Shown here: positions 63,553-64,000 of the stretch, piece after piece
Numbering within the stretch: the stretch's first letter is position 1
Layout: every line of letters begins with the position of its first letter
Source: an uncultured Planctomycetia bacterium
Lineage (GTDB): Bacteria; Omnitrophota; Gorgyraeia; 2-02-FULL-51-18
Direction: 5' to 3'
Length of the DNA stretch: 64,000 bases
Assembly: GCA_964642015.1 (NCBI GenBank)
Contig: CAZXLF010000002.1
Span: 287,678 to 351,677, forward strand
The notes under the pieces: generated by a model
Database searches by the model: none
Told to the model about the DNA's origin: nothing
What the model saw: only the letters and a program-made list of their open reading frames with translations
Program-made: the position numbers and the translations under genes

Positions 63553-64000
63553 AGCACCAGAACACTAGAGCACCAGCGCGCTGAAACACCAGAATGCTAG
63601 ACACTAGTTAAAGGCTTTTATAGAATCTCCATAAGAGATTTCCGACCTCTTTTCTTAGGCCTTGCAATTTGTTGTGTTCGTTTTGATCTAAATATTTCAA
63701 CCTTAATATGAAATCCAGCAAATATTCAGTTTCTGCCAGCGACCCTAATGCTATATTAACAAACTGTTTTAGCTCCCTTTTTCCTTGCCTTCCATAACCT
63801 TCGACTATATTTGCAGGCACTGATAGAGAGGCTCGTCTGATTTGAGAAATAAGTCCGTACGTTTCTTCTTTGGGCAATGATTTTGTAGAGATATAAATTT
63901 GATAGGCCAGTTCATCAGCTTTTTGCCATACGATCAGTTTTCTGTACCCGTTTGCTATTACTTTTTCTTCTGGTGCTCTAGTAGCCAAGTGCTCTGGTGT
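63553..64000. repeat. Inverted 8-nt-periodic repeat flanks around the second four-helix-bundle gene
   Basis: AGCACCAG AACACTAG AGCACCAG...AACACCAG AATGCTAG; ACTAGAGCACCAG (63564-63576) is the reverse complement of 63970-63982; runs to the window edge. Confidence 0.7.
63608..63988 (-). CDS. Four-helix-bundle protein (23S rRNA IVP-like); start uncertain
   Basis: YRKLIVWQKA, ETYGLISQIRRASLSVPANIVEG, IALGSLAE. Confidence 0.9.
   Translation of the reverse strand: MATRAPEEKVIANGYRKLIVWQKADELAYQIYISTKSLPKEETYGLISQIRRASLSVPANIVEGYGRQGKRELKQFVNIALGSLAETEYLLDFILRLKYLDQNEHNKLQGLRKEVGNLLWRFYKSL

Noticed and set aside
63553-63607. CRISPR array
   Set aside because: The units are degenerate 8-mers without unique spacers, and there are no cas genes.
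57816-63988. Diversity-generating retroelement suggested by Avd-like four-helix proteins and a long repeat
   Set aside because: No reverse transcriptase in the window. Both repeat copies are coding kinase cores, and their differences are not adenine-specific.

Overview
Bacterial chromosomal window, almost entirely + strand. Gene content and the giant secreted protein suggest PVC/Omnitrophota; this is an inference, not a search result. 1-35 kb is housekeeping: the end of the spc/alpha ribosomal operons (rplO-secY-adk-map-infA-rpmJ-rpsM-rpsK-rpsD-rpoA-rplQ), an AspC-like aminotransferase, icd, lpdA, lipA, a dapL-like gene, a cobalamin riboswitch with a BtuB-like receptor and a TonB-like gene, gap-pgk-tpiA-secG, a peptide ABC transporter, a FecR/beta-barrel pair, and glgC-thiG-leuB-asd-truA. 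35-64 kb is accessory and holds two candidate new systems. (1) A 3353-aa secreted protein with YD-like repeats, CBM60-like and two LamG domains, a C39-peptidase-like domain, an internal double-glycine-type cleavage motif, a hydrophobic region and a C-terminal Ser-Asp-His hydrolase. It is followed by an overlapping gene for a secreted protein, the layout of a polymorphic toxin-immunity pair. (2) A type II PKS/FAS cassette (KR, inactive KS/chain-length factor, active KS, ACP, CrtI-like oxidoreductase, PhcB-like methyltransferase) next to three 7TM histidine kinases, three stand-alone receivers and an HD-GYP protein, which looks like a lipid methyl-ester quorum-sensing locus with swappable sensor domains. 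Three small genes with inverted-repeat flanks (one GIY-YIG, two four-helix-bundle) interrupt this locus. No rRNA, tRNA or CRISPR array was seen. All calls come from reading motifs; no database search was run.
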